Below are positions 21,174 through 31,555 of a DNA stretch of 64,000 nt, in pieces. The translations under genes were made by a program, and so were the position numbers. The DNA is from a bacterium (GTDB lineage: Bacteria; Zhuqueibacterota; Zhuqueibacteria; Residuimicrobiales; Krinioviventaceae). The DNA lies in contig CAXXFV010000003.1 in NCBI GenBank assembly GCA_963674595.2, positions 1-64,000 on the forward strand. The letters are read 5' to 3'. Under the pieces are notes generated by a model. It was not told the DNA's origin. It made no database searches and saw nothing but the letters and a program-made list of their open reading frames with translations. Numbering within the stretch: position 1 is the stretch's first letter; every line of letters starts with the position of its first letter.

Positions 21174-22605
21174 GGAAGTGTCCAAAGTTTTGTGTAAATC
21201 AATTTCATAGGATTCAATGACCCGTAGGGTTATTGAATTTCGGCCTAATTTGATTTACTGACATTTTTTTCGCCAGGGACTGTAAATTCACTTGTGTTTT
21301 ATCAAAGAAAATGACATTTTAAAATAACACAGGAGAATTTACCAATGAAACTCACATCAGAACTTATTAAGCAACTTGAAAAAGACTTTGAAAACTGCAA
21401 GACCGCAGACGATCTTTTGGGTAAAGACGGTGTGGTCAAGAATTTAATTCGTGGTTTGTCCGACCAGATACTGGAAGCGGAAATGAGCCAACATCTGGGT
21501 TATGAGAAGCATTCATCAGAAGGCGATAATAGTGGTAATAGCCGAAATGGTGCCAGTAGTAAAACCGTAAAAACAGACTTTGGTGAAATTCAAATCAAAG
21601 TCCCTCGCGACCGCAACGGTGAATTTGATCCGGCTTTGATCAAAAAACACCACCGTGATCTGGGCAAAATCGATGAGATCATCATCTCCCTGTATGCTAA
21701 AGGATTGACCACACGAGACATCAAGGAGCACCTTGATGAATTGTATGGCCTGGAAGTTTCTCCGGCGTTTATATCCAATGTCACCGAACGGGTCAGGGAG
21801 TTTGTCGTGGAGTGGCAGGCCCGTCCTCTGGATAAACTCTATCCTATTGTTTATTTAGATGCTATTCATTATAAAATCCGCGAAGAAAGTCGTATTGTCA
21901 ACAAAGCTGCCTATACGGTTTTGGGGATCAACAGTGACGGATTGAAGGAAATGCTTGGCATCTGGATCGACCAGTCCGAAGGCGCTAATTTCTGGTTGTC
22001 CGTGTTGACCGATTTAAAGAGCCGTGGTGTTGAAGATATACTCATTGCCTGCGTTGATGGATTAAAAGGTTTCCCTGATGCCATTGCCACGATTTTCCCT
22101 GAGGCAGTCGTACAATTATGCGTCATCCACCAAATCCGGAATTCATTACGTTATGTAGCGTCCAAACATCAAAAGGAATTCATCAAAGACTTGAAACTGG
22201 TCTATCAGAGTCCGACCAAAGAGAATGCTGAACTGCAACTGGAACATCTTGAAGAAAAATGGGGCAAAAAATATCCTGTGGTGACAAACTCGTGGAAAAA
22301 TAATTGGAGCAACCTGTCAAACTATTTCCAGTATTCGGAAGAAATCAGAAAACTGATCTATACTACCAATAGCGTTGAAGCACTTCATCGGCAATTACGC
22401 AAAGTGACCAAGACGAAATCTTTGTTTCCCCATGATGACGCTTTGAAAAAAATGTTGTTCCTGGCTTATCGGGACATTGCTAAAAAGTGGAATAAACCTA
22501 TCGCTAATTGGCCCATTATTGTGTCGCAATTGTCTATTATTTTTAAGGACCGTATGATCATTCAAATATAGTAATATTCATTTACACAAAAAAGTTTACA
22601 GTCTC
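21174..22605 (+). mobile_element. IS256-family element, copy 2 (1432 bp), inverted relative to copy 1
   Basis: Same IRs; 8-bp TSD AAAATATC at 21166-21173 and 22606-22613. Confidence 0.95.
21345..22571 (+). CDS. IS256-family transposase
   Basis: 408 aa; three visible aa differences from copy 1. Confidence 0.97.
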   Translation: MKLTSELIKQLEKDFENCKTADDLLGKDGVVKNLIRGLSDQILEAEMSQHLGYEKHSSEGDNSGNSRNGASSKTVKTDFGEIQIKVPRDRNGEFDPALIKKHHRDLGKIDEIIISLYAKGLTTRDIKEHLDELYGLEVSPAFISNVTERVREFVVEWQARPLDKLYPIVYLDAIHYKIREESRIVNKAAYTVLGINSDGLKEMLGIWIDQSEGANFWLSVLTDLKSRGVEDILIACVDGLKGFPDAIATIFPEAVVQLCVIHQIRNSLRYVASKHQKEFIKDLKLVYQSPTKENAELQLEHLEEKWGKKYPVVTNSWKNNWSNLSNYFQYSEEIRKLIYTTNSVEALHRQLRKVTKTKSLFPHDDALKKMLFLAYRDIAKKWNKPIANWPIIVSQLSIIFKDRMIIQI

Positions 22606-22641
22606 AAAATATCCCCCCAACGGCTATTAAACCACTGAGGG
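22606..22641 (-). terminator. intrinsic terminator after the caspase-domain gene
   Basis: Minus strand CCCCTCAGTGG-loop-CCGTTGGGGG then ATATTTT; IS256 copy 2 inserted in its tail. Confidence 0.55.
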
Positions 22642-22653
22642 GCATAATGTTAT

Positions 22654-25146
22654 TTATTTTAATAAAATCATTTTTTTGACCACATTCATACCACCGCCTT
22701 TAAGGCGATAAAAATAAGTTCCTGAAGGCAAGTTGGAAGCATCAAACAACACATGATGCGTTCCAGCTTGACGGTGTCCATCCAATAAGACGGCAACTTC
22801 CTGGCCGCGAATGTTATACACTTTAAGACTGAAATGATCGTCTTTTGCCGCTCGAAAAGTGATGGTCGTAGCCGGGTTAAAAGGATTGGGATGGTTCTGG
22901 AATACAGTCGGTGTGTTATCAACTTCTTCAGAAGACTGTTGTTCAATACCGGGCTCCCATTCACCAATCGTTGCTAATGCGGATATGGAAAGATCATCTT
23001 TGGGATATTTTTTTATAAGCGTCTGAAAATATTCTTCACCTGTTTTTTTGTCTGCAAGATAATACCAATGAATGGTTCCAAGATCATACAATGAATATTT
23101 TTCAAGATTAGTATCCGGGAACTTTTCAACAACATCTTGTGCGATAGAAACAGCTTGGTTATAATCACCTTCTCTAAGCGATTGAATCACACGAATAGAA
23201 TTAGCAACACCAGAAATTTCTTTTCCGTCATATTGACTCGTCATTGTCTGCATTCGTGCTTTCGATTCAGCTTTTCGACCTTCCTTTTCTAGTATTTGGT
23301 ATTCAAAAGCCAGAGACTGCCTTCCCACATTATAATCAGGATAGCGGCTGATCAAATCCCTTAATATCATCAACGCCTCTTCTGTTTTTTCTTCTGAAAC
23401 CAACAATTGTGCCTGATCAAATTCTTCAAAGCCCACTGTTTCTTCAAAGCTGAACTCAATCTTTTCTGCCGGGGCATCCGCTAATCTGGCACTCCGCTTT
23501 GCTAAGGGGTCTGTAGCCAGGGCTGGTGACCAGAGAACATTACCATAAATACTCGGATCACCGCCACCCCAGTAATTGTATTGGGCATTGACACTGCTCG
23601 CATTCGTAGAGTAAACATCATACATAACACTGCAGATGCTGTTATATCCCTGACCGGCATAAGTACCTAAATCCGGGTGTGATGTATTATCGATCTTAAC
23701 GCCGTAGTAATTGTCCTGGATTTCATTGTACGAGCGAATATCTCCCCATGAATATTGTGTATACTCAACCCCTGTACCGCCATATTCATTGATAGTATTA
23801 CGAATTAGCCAACCATATGAATAATTATCATACTTTAGCGCTTTGGTATAGTTCATAAAATTACAATATATAACATCATACATTCCACTATGATATGTTA
23901 TAGGATATTGTGCATGATTAAAATTACAATAGCGTGGAGCAAAAATCCCTGTACTGTTTACCTCAATCCCATACCATGTGCCTCCCGTGGAATTAAAAGT
24001 TATTTGACCAGAGGTGCCATTAGCTGTGAGAGTACCGTTGACTGTAATCTTTTTGCCGCTTACAGTGCTGACAGTTATACCTGGATCAACATTAAGCGTG
24101 ATGCCTGAAGGGATTGTTAAATTGTCGCTTATTGTACAGGAAGAATACACATGCACTGTTTCTCCAGACGAAGCATTTGATATGGCAGATTGCAAAGAAG
24201 GGTATTGAGCTATTATTGTTGAACCGTCTAATAGTGGAATATCGGGTTGTATTGTGCCTTTATTAATAATACATCCCGTTCCTTCACACACAATGGAATA
24301 ACCATTTAAATTAACAGTAGAGTTATATATTACTAATTTTTTACCGCTAGAAATTGTAACATTTCCTGTTAAATTAATTGTTTGGTCCCAAAGCTCATCA
24401 TCAATCATTGTACCGGATGTTGTCCTTAAATCAGATAAATTGAGCACACCTAAGTTACTTTCGAACTGAGGATGCATACTCACATTTACTGCAGAATCAG
24501 CATAAGCTGTTGCCTTCGGAGCAGCATAATTATAAAGATCCCGTACTGACACAACATGACCTGCTGTTGGATCTGCTTGATCGTTTTTAATACCTTCCAA
24601 AACAAAATAAGAAAAGATAGAGTTATCATCTGGACCAGCAGTGTCGGAGTACTCATCGTCTCTACATGAAGTTAATATTTCACCATGTGACATTGAAGAC
24701 AAAAAACTACCTGAAAGACACGCGTCAAGAATACAACAATATTGATCAAAAGAGCTTCCGAATTTACTTGTCACTTCTGCTGGGGATATGTAATTTATGT
24801 TATAGGTCGTTAAGCCTATAGATTCACCATGACCGGAAAAAAAGAACATATCTGTATTGCCTGTAGTGTTAGGCATATCGTCAATTGCATTTAAAATAGT
24901 TGACTCTGTGGCGTCACTTTGGGTTATTGCTATAACATTATCTATAGGCCATAATTGGTAGTTTATTAAATAATCATGCATATCCGTTGCATCACGAACA
25001 CAAGCAATTGGCAAGTCATACCTGCCACCATAGTAATTGCTTATACCAACACAAACAGCATAGTACGAAGTAGCTAAAAGAGGTGATCCATTTATAATTA
25101 AAAAGAGAACCACTAATATCTTTACTTTCCAACCAAATTTATTCAT
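22654..25146 (-). CDS. secreted caspase-like (C14) peptidase - beta-helix - TPR - CTD protein
   Basis: Signal peptide from ATG 25146; AVCVGISNY, FFFSGHG (His), LDACLSG (Cys); same downstream chassis and CTD as 11073. Confidence 0.85.
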   Translation of the reverse strand: MNKFGWKVKILVVLFLIINGSPLLATSYYAVCVGISNYYGGRYDLPIACVRDATDMHDYLINYQLWPIDNVIAITQSDATESTILNAIDDMPNTTGNTDMFFFSGHGESIGLTTYNINYISPAEVTSKFGSSFDQYCCILDACLSGSFLSSMSHGEILTSCRDDEYSDTAGPDDNSIFSYFVLEGIKNDQADPTAGHVVSVRDLYNYAAPKATAYADSAVNVSMHPQFESNLGVLNLSDLRTTSGTMIDDELWDQTINLTGNVTISSGKKLVIYNSTVNLNGYSIVCEGTGCIINKGTIQPDIPLLDGSTIIAQYPSLQSAISNASSGETVHVYSSCTISDNLTIPSGITLNVDPGITVSTVSGKKITVNGTLTANGTSGQITFNSTGGTWYGIEVNSTGIFAPRYCNFNHAQYPITYHSGMYDVIYCNFMNYTKALKYDNYSYGWLIRNTINEYGGTGVEYTQYSWGDIRSYNEIQDNYYGVKIDNTSHPDLGTYAGQGYNSICSVMYDVYSTNASSVNAQYNYWGGGDPSIYGNVLWSPALATDPLAKRSARLADAPAEKIEFSFEETVGFEEFDQAQLLVSEEKTEEALMILRDLISRYPDYNVGRQSLAFEYQILEKEGRKAESKARMQTMTSQYDGKEISGVANSIRVIQSLREGDYNQAVSIAQDVVEKFPDTNLEKYSLYDLGTIHWYYLADKKTGEEYFQTLIKKYPKDDLSISALATIGEWEPGIEQQSSEEVDNTPTVFQNHPNPFNPATTITFRAAKDDHFSLKVYNIRGQEVAVLLDGHRQAGTHHVLFDASNLPSGTYFYRLKGGGMNVVKKMILLK

Positions 25147-25750
25147 TTTCAGCCTCCTTTTCAGAATATTGACATGGGGATGGCATTGTTTTAATAAAAT
25201 TGGGTTTAAATGGTTTTTCATTATTTTGACTTTTTACTCTTGAATAACTTTTTAAATCTTCTGATAAAGGCACAACAAAGTCACCTAATTGATTTTGAAG
25301 TTCTGATGTATATTCAGGAGCGCCATATCGAATGATGTCAATACCACTTTCACCAAAATCTCTTGTCGACATTGAGAAAAACCCTCCTTTTCCAAAACAG
25401 GCAATCCCTGGAACCTCTATGAATTCCAATTCTCCACTAAAGGAATTATTGGAAAACTTATTATTTGCGCACAGCACAATACACTTTTTAGAAGGAATTT
25501 CTATTCCACCTTTTTCTATTATATCTCGCGGTAACATATTTGTAGTTTTGATATGATAAACACGAAAATTTTCTAATATTACAGTAGCAGATGTTGGATT
25601 ATATATTTCTAACCAACTTTGCTCTGGTTGGTTCTTATCAAGATATACCTCACTAAAAATTAAACCTTTATATGTCATTTGAGCTGAAAGAGGGGTAGTG
25701 ATGCATATTAAGATAATAATAATCATCAAATACTCATTTTTACATCTCAT
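25139..25750 (-). CDS. secreted lamin-tail-domain (LTD) protein
   Basis: Signal peptide; LIFSEVY...SWLEIYNPT...SYSR...PSP motifs; overlaps the next start. Confidence 0.65.
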   Translation of the reverse strand: MRCKNEYLMIIIILICITTPLSAQMTYKGLIFSEVYLDKNQPEQSWLEIYNPTSATVILENFRVYHIKTTNMLPRDIIEKGGIEIPSKKCIVLCANNKFSNNSFSGELEFIEVPGIACFGKGGFFSMSTRDFGESGIDIIRYGAPEYTSELQNQLGDFVVPLSEDLKSYSRVKSQNNEKPFKPNFIKTMPSPCQYSEKEAENE

Positions 25751-25964
25751 AATTAGAGTTCTCCTAATAGATTTGATTTGTAAATTATTTTTGAGTCACT
25801 GAAAACTTTGGTATGCATACATTTTTTTAATTATTCACTTATTTAATTCCCATTATATATAATATTGGGATGGAATAACTATAAAAATTTGAGAACCAAG
25901 TAAAGAAAATTGTAATAAAGACCATATCTAATCATTACTGTCATTTCTCTCCCCCTCCTTAATA

Positions 25965-27200
25965 TCACCAGGTTATGTAAATCCCGCGAGACTGTAATAT
26001 CGGAATGTATTGATTGATGGAAACATCGTCAAGTGGATTACCATCCAGGCCAACAATATCGCCTTTTCCAATGTTTGGATTATTCACAAGGGGTTTTATA
26101 TTCACAATCTGATTGTCCCAAACCCTTACATACCTCAATTTTGTTAAATTTTGCAACGGTGAAAGATTGGATATCTTGTTCTTTTCCAGAGCTAACCATT
26201 CCAGTTTTTCCATTCTGGCAAGGGGTGATATATCAATGATATTCGCAAAGGACAATTTCAGATCTACTATATTAGTTAAGCTGCTTAATGGGGAAATGTC
26301 TTCAACACCACAATTTGTAAACCATAATATCTGGAGTTTTGTTAAATTATTCAGCGGAGCCAAATCGGTTATTGATGCTGCTGCCATTTTCAAGTCAACC
26401 AGTTGTGTCATATTTTTTAATGCTGATATATCATTAATTTCTTCATTATACCTTAAATTTAAATATTTTAGCTTTATTAAATTAGCTAGTGGAGATAAAT
26501 CTTTAATTAAATTGCCAAAAATATCCAAATATTCGAGTTCCGTTAAGTTTGCCAAAGGTGAGATATCTTTGATGAGGCGGTTTTGGTTTAAAGAAAGCTC
26601 TTTTAAATTGGTTAAGGTCGCTAATGGTGATATGTCTGATATATTTTGCAGACTTAAAAAGAGAACTTGCAAATTTTTACAACTTTCCAAACCAACGAGC
26701 GATGTGACTTTATCAGGAGTAGGGAAACTGTATAAAAGGCTATCCAGCTTTAACAATGCTTCATCGGTGAGCTCGTCCATCTGCTTTTTTAAAGCAGCTC
26801 GAACATATATTTCCAAATTAACGTCTTCAAATCTGGAATTAAGATTGGGTAATACATTTATATTTATTTCATCGGGATTGCTGCTTTCTTCACCACTTTT
26901 GACTATTAATTTAAATTTATACAATCCTTCCTTGTTAAAGCTAACAAGTTGTTTGTCTTTATCTTCCCCGGAAAAAAGTATGACCTTTCCAGGATTACCT
27001 CCAACCTGTTCCCATTCATACCAATCAATAGCTCCGGTACTTTTACCGGCATCTAAAACTACATAACTGCCCGCAAGCGTTGTCTGGTCCGGTCCCGCAT
27101 CTGCAACAAGCTTATTGTCTTTCGAGTCCAATGCATTTTTACATGAAAAAAGTACGAGAGTTAAGAATAAAAGAATTAAAGTGAATTGTTTAAAATTCAT
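25965..27200 (-). CDS. lipoprotein with PKD-like domain and internalin-type leucine-rich repeats
   Basis: Lipobox LFSC; VADAGPDQT; FED-x-NLE cap; 22-aa N-x-I-x-DISPL repeats. Confidence 0.85.
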   Translation of the reverse strand: MNFKQFTLILLFLTLVLFSCKNALDSKDNKLVADAGPDQTTLAGSYVVLDAGKSTGAIDWYEWEQVGGNPGKVILFSGEDKDKQLVSFNKEGLYKFKLIVKSGEESSNPDEININVLPNLNSRFEDVNLEIYVRAALKKQMDELTDEALLKLDSLLYSFPTPDKVTSLVGLESCKNLQVLFLSLQNISDISPLATLTNLKELSLNQNRLIKDISPLANLTELEYLDIFGNLIKDLSPLANLIKLKYLNLRYNEEINDISALKNMTQLVDLKMAAASITDLAPLNNLTKLQILWFTNCGVEDISPLSSLTNIVDLKLSFANIIDISPLARMEKLEWLALEKNKISNLSPLQNLTKLRYVRVWDNQIVNIKPLVNNPNIGKGDIVGLDGNPLDDVSINQYIPILQSRGIYITW

Positions 27201-27316
27201 TTTAGTATCTCCATCTGGTTCTTTATCATTCTATGTTGCTGGCAAAATTTATTGTTTACTATACTCGTCAAGTTTAACAAATATACTATTTATAAAATAG
27301 ATGAATTATATATTAT

Positions 27317-27561
27317 ACCCCGAGCCCCAGAATGCAAAAATAGAAAAGGAACTATTAGCCCTGGATACAGTAATCCCGCAACACAAAAATTCTTATTGCT
27401 ATGTAATTTTAGAATATAAATTTGTTCATCGATACTCCCCGTAGAATAGTTAATTTGATTTTGATTAGAACATTCTAGTTATTTTTATTGACAAAGTCAA
27501 GGATATTTAGACTTGTTATTCATTTTTTATAGTCAAGCCCCGCATCACTGCAGGGCTCGAC
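27317..27561 (-). repeat. conserved 5' cassette element, copy 2
   Basis: Same promoter/leader as 14960-15230; upstream hairpin GTCAAGCCCCGCATCACTGCAGGGCTCGAC (27532-27561) shared with 36200-36229. Confidence 0.85.
27472..27500 (-). promoter_or_regulatory. sigma70-like promoter with palindromic operator, copy 2
   Basis: TTGACT-N17-TAGAAT; TTGAC-N3-GTCAA. Confidence 0.75.
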
Positions 27562-27590
27562 AAACCATTATATTCTCCACTTTTCACGCT

Positions 27591-27785
27591 TCAATACTTG
27601 TAATAAACATCACGCAAATAACTCTCAGAAAATCCAGTCTTTTTAGACACCTCCCGGATTGCATCACTTGCCGGACTTTTAGAACCACTCTTTTCAAATG
27701 ATTTACTCATTTTATAAATATGATTTCTTAATATCGTTAACCGTTTCTTTGTCGATTCTAATTTTGGATTTATTTGTACTGGCAT
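27591..27785 (-). CDS. small helix-turn-helix protein
   Basis: AAGGA RBS; DAIREVSKKTGFSESYLRDVYY. Confidence 0.55.
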   Translation of the reverse strand: MPVQINPKLESTKKRLTILRNHIYKMSKSFEKSGSKSPASDAIREVSKKTGFSESYLRDVYYKY

Positions 27786-27806
27786 ATCATTCCTTTCTAT
27801 TAAAAT

Positions 27807-29357
27807 TTATCTGGCCTTTCCAGCCCTGCTCCACACCATCGATCCTCCTATCGTTCCACCAATTTCTTCACTGATTAAAGAATAAGCTGCTGCATGGAGT
27901 AAGTGGTCTCCACTAATCGGCTTACTCCAAACCTGACGATTTGTATTAGGGTCAAAATATCTGACTGGTAATGTAAAATGATCCAATAACTCACCATCAG
28001 ATACTTTTCTCCAGTTTCTCGGAAGGATAAATCCATCTTGTTCACTTTTTAAAACATTCTTTAAAACACGATCAAGAGCTTGTGTCCGGTCCAGAGCAAT
28101 GATTTTATTATCTATGTCAACTGTCTGATCCTGTAAACTGCCCCCTTTTTTATACCAACATAACCACACCTTGCCTGGTCGGGATGCTTGCAGTTCTTTG
28201 GCTTTCGTGGTATCATATTCACCATCAATTGTACAGACTTCAACATTATATTGATCGATGAGAAAATCCAGTGTGTCCCAATCATAAGCGGCACCACAAG
28301 CAACCAACCGTTTTCTTCCATTGTATCGTTCCCAGATGAAATAATGATGCCGACCACCTGGATCAACTCCCATAAAAGTATTATTTCCTGTCGACGGCAT
28401 GAGATAATCATCTTTACATTTTTCCATTAATGCTTCAGTTATCTTACTTCCCTTTGGAGCAAACGCACGACCCAGGTTTGAATTGTGAAACAACTGTGTC
28501 TTGGTCGTATCTCCCAGAGCTTCCTGAAATTCATTCCATAATTCCAAAAGGTCTGTATCAAAACTGATCAACCTTGAAAACCTGTAACCGACTCTCGGTT
28601 TATCCGGATATTTGGCAATCCACTCACCGATCCATGGTTCATGTATAATCTTTTCACATTTATCACAGATAATTTGCGGTTTGCCTTTTTCCTCTCTTAT
28701 GGGTTTAAAAATCAATCCTTCAGAATCAACCTGCCTGACAACATGTTTAAACCAATCCAGTTCAATGTATTTGTTACAATGCTGACACCGGGTCAGGTAT
28801 CGGGATTGATTTGTAGACCTGTATAAACCATCCACTCCACAATTCTCAACAGTCGGACGTGAGGAATACCGGAGCATTTTATATTCAGATGCTTTCAATC
28901 GGTCTTTTAACTGGTCCAGGTTGTCCATGTCTGATTCATCATATTCATCAACAAATGCGATATCCACAGGATTTTCTACAAACTCTGTTCTTGAATTTGA
29001 TCCCACAAACCGCATGGTCCCTTTGCCATAATGTTTCTGCAAGACACTGTCACTTTCACCCCCTTCATCCAAATGACTTTTGTACAGGGGAACAAAGCTC
29101 AAAAGTTTGTCAATCCGGTCATGTACAAAGTTTGATCTCAGGGTTTGGTTCGGCATGACATACAGACCGCGTAATCCACTGGAAACATAGTGCAAGAGTT
29201 CAACCAACAACCGCTCTGTAATTCCAACCTGTACCGGTTTGATGAACACGATAAACTGGGGCATTTCGGTTTGAGGTTTTATACCTTTGGCAATGTCATT
29301 GAAAAAGCCAGGCGGAGCATATAAATCCTGTAACCAGTCCCGATTAATAAATGACAT
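27807..29357 (-). CDS. terminase large subunit (GpA-like ATPase plus nuclease), possibly 5'-truncated
   Basis: K-x2-QVGITE Walker A-like, FVDEYD Walker B, CQHC...CDKC, MGVDPG, DHLLHA. Confidence 0.9.
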   Translation of the reverse strand: MSFINRDWLQDLYAPPGFFNDIAKGIKPQTEMPQFIVFIKPVQVGITERLLVELLHYVSSGLRGLYVMPNQTLRSNFVHDRIDKLLSFVPLYKSHLDEGGESDSVLQKHYGKGTMRFVGSNSRTEFVENPVDIAFVDEYDESDMDNLDQLKDRLKASEYKMLRYSSRPTVENCGVDGLYRSTNQSRYLTRCQHCNKYIELDWFKHVVRQVDSEGLIFKPIREEKGKPQIICDKCEKIIHEPWIGEWIAKYPDKPRVGYRFSRLISFDTDLLELWNEFQEALGDTTKTQLFHNSNLGRAFAPKGSKITEALMEKCKDDYLMPSTGNNTFMGVDPGGRHHYFIWERYNGRKRLVACGAAYDWDTLDFLIDQYNVEVCTIDGEYDTTKAKELQASRPGKVWLCWYKKGGSLQDQTVDIDNKIIALDRTQALDRVLKNVLKSEQDGFILPRNWRKVSDGELLDHFTLPVRYFDPNTNRQVWSKPISGDHLLHAAAYSLISEEIGGTIGGSMVWSRAGKAR

Positions 29358-29530
29358 GCGTTTGAAATGGGTTGATTATGGTTTTAATAGATTAGATAAT
29401 TTTAGTGAGATGGATGTTGAGAGGTGTTTTGGAAGGATGGTTAACTGACCATATAGAGCAGATTAGGGTAATTAATAAATATTTGTGGATTATACACCCA
29501 TAGCCAGTAAAAAATTGTTAGATATAAGGA

Positions 29531-29567
29531 CAAGAACTCGGAGGGTAAATAAGTCTCCGAGTTCTTG
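29531..29567 (-). terminator. conserved 3' cassette hairpin, copy C
   Basis: CAAGAACTCGGAG...CTCCGAGTTCTTG after the stop at 29577. Confidence 0.75.
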
Positions 29568-29576
29568 AAAGTCAAT

Positions 29577-31493
29577 TTACTTCAGGAGGATCATTTTTTT
29601 AATTTCATTCATACCACCGCCTTTAAGGCGATAAAAATAAGTTCCTGAAGGCAAGTTAGAAGCATCAAACAACACCTGATGCGTACCAGCCTCACAGTCA
29701 TCGTCTAACAATACGGCAACCCTTTGTCCACTAATATTGTAAACCTTGAGACTGTAATGATCGTCTTTTGCCGTCCAGAATGTGATTGTCGTTTCCGGAT
29801 TAAAGGGATTTGGGTAATTTTGATCAAGTGCTAATTCCTGCAGTAATAAATTCGGTCCATCGTCTTTTTTCTCAACACCGGTCGAACCGCTATTTTCAAA
29901 GGACAAGGCCAAGCGATAGGGATAAGACAAACCGGTATACAGTTCTTCTATGTCTGTTCCGTCCAAATTTGCCCGTTTTATTTTACCGGGTTCTCTTTCA
30001 ATCCAGTATATTTTATTACCTTCAACATCCAGGGCAAGACCACAAGGCCATTTAAGACCGGTAACAATAGCCTGAATATCACTGCCGTCTAAATTGGCAC
30101 GTTTAACACCTCTAAAATCTACAGCCCTTTCGGTCCAATATATCTTTTTATTTTTTAAATCAAGAGCAATATCGTCCGGTTGTCCTGAAGACTTTATAAT
30201 TTTTTCAACATCATTACTGCTGTTATTCAAATTGGCACCTAGAACCGTATTAAGTGAATTACTCCAATATAATGTTCCATCAAAAGGGTCAACTGCAACT
30301 CCATACGCAAATCCATGAATGTAATAAGGGTATTCAACCCGGCTGCCATCTAAATTCTTACAACCAATAGATTTACCCTCTGACTGTCTAGCCCAATACA
30401 TCTTTTCATTCACAACATCCAAAGCAATGTCATATATATATATTCCATATTCTACTACATTTGTAAGAAATTCAACATCTGAACCGTCCATATTACATTT
30501 AAAAATACTGGCATAAGAACTTGCCCAGTATATCTTATCATTTTCCCGGTCAAGAGCAAGGCATACCGGACTTCCATAATTAACAATCAACGGTTTAATA
30601 TTTCGTCCGTCCAGACGGGAACGATAAATCGTACGGGACCAATAATAATCATACCAGTACATCTCTCCCGTTGATAGATCCAAACATAGATAAAGAGCAA
30701 TTAAATCATCTCTTTTAATCAGCGCTTCAAATTCAGTTCCATCGGTGTTCATTCTCCATACACCGAAATAATGTGTCAGATAAAGCTTTTTATTTTTTGA
30801 ATCAAGCTGTAGCCTTTTTTGATGATTCCAATATCCAACAACATAAACAATCTCTTCTTCATTGCCGTCCAGATTTACACCCTTGAGAACACGACCGTTA
30901 TCATCAAAAAAATAAATTCGACGACCTCTTCCATCAACAACATAATCAATTATCTTTTCATTGTGTTCTATGATTGATCTTATTTTTTCACCATCCAAAC
31001 CAACACAATAAAGAGTATCACTTGAGGCATTCATCCAATAGAGATTTTCATAGACCAGATCCAGGGCCAGATTGTTGGGCCGGGTCAGACCACATAAAAA
31101 TTCTTGCTTGTTTGAACCGGTTATATCAGCTTGCCAAATTTTTCCGCTGTCTGATACGCTCCAATACATTTTGTTGTGGAGTGTGTCAATAACCATACTC
31201 TTTACCAGGCCTGTTCCGGAAACCAATGTTTTAATCCTTCTTGTTTCCATATTCTCACGCCGGATGGCATCATCTTCATAATAATAAATATATCCTTGGG
31301 CTGCTGCCAACAAAAATACTACACGAGAAGAGAGCAGTTCCCTATATTGGCTACCGTCAGCATCTCCGCAATATATCTTGTCGTCTTGTTTATCTGTCCA
31401 GTAAATTAATCGTTCCTTTGCTGTTACAACATTTAAAAACGTGAAAAGGTTGGATACAGTAAAGAAAAACACAAATGCTGCTCTTTTTATCAT
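29577..31493 (-). CDS. secreted YWTD/LDL-receptor class B beta-propeller protein, paralog 3 (chassis-type CTD)
   Basis: Repeated P-x2-(I/L)ALD-x4-KIYW(T)...RANLDG blades; signal peptide; QNYPNPFNP...KKMILLK. Confidence 0.88.
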   Translation of the reverse strand: MIKRAAFVFFFTVSNLFTFLNVVTAKERLIYWTDKQDDKIYCGDADGSQYRELLSSRVVFLLAAAQGYIYYYEDDAIRRENMETRRIKTLVSGTGLVKSMVIDTLHNKMYWSVSDSGKIWQADITGSNKQEFLCGLTRPNNLALDLVYENLYWMNASSDTLYCVGLDGEKIRSIIEHNEKIIDYVVDGRGRRIYFFDDNGRVLKGVNLDGNEEEIVYVVGYWNHQKRLQLDSKNKKLYLTHYFGVWRMNTDGTEFEALIKRDDLIALYLCLDLSTGEMYWYDYYWSRTIYRSRLDGRNIKPLIVNYGSPVCLALDRENDKIYWASSYASIFKCNMDGSDVEFLTNVVEYGIYIYDIALDVVNEKMYWARQSEGKSIGCKNLDGSRVEYPYYIHGFAYGVAVDPFDGTLYWSNSLNTVLGANLNNSSNDVEKIIKSSGQPDDIALDLKNKKIYWTERAVDFRGVKRANLDGSDIQAIVTGLKWPCGLALDVEGNKIYWIEREPGKIKRANLDGTDIEELYTGLSYPYRLALSFENSGSTGVEKKDDGPNLLLQELALDQNYPNPFNPETTITFWTAKDDHYSLKVYNISGQRVAVLLDDDCEAGTHQVLFDASNLPSGTYFYRLKGGGMNEIKKMILLK

Positions 31494-31555
31494 GACTGCA
31501 TCCTTTTCATTTTTTACTATTCATTTAATAACTTTTATTAAATATAACTACAAAC

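Noticed and set aside
16712-22605. Composite transposon that imported the S8 module
   Set aside because: Each IS256 has its own TSD and the S8 gene continues outside the pair
26113-27066. 317-aa plus-strand ORF
   Set aside because: Antisense shadow of the LRR lipoprotein gene
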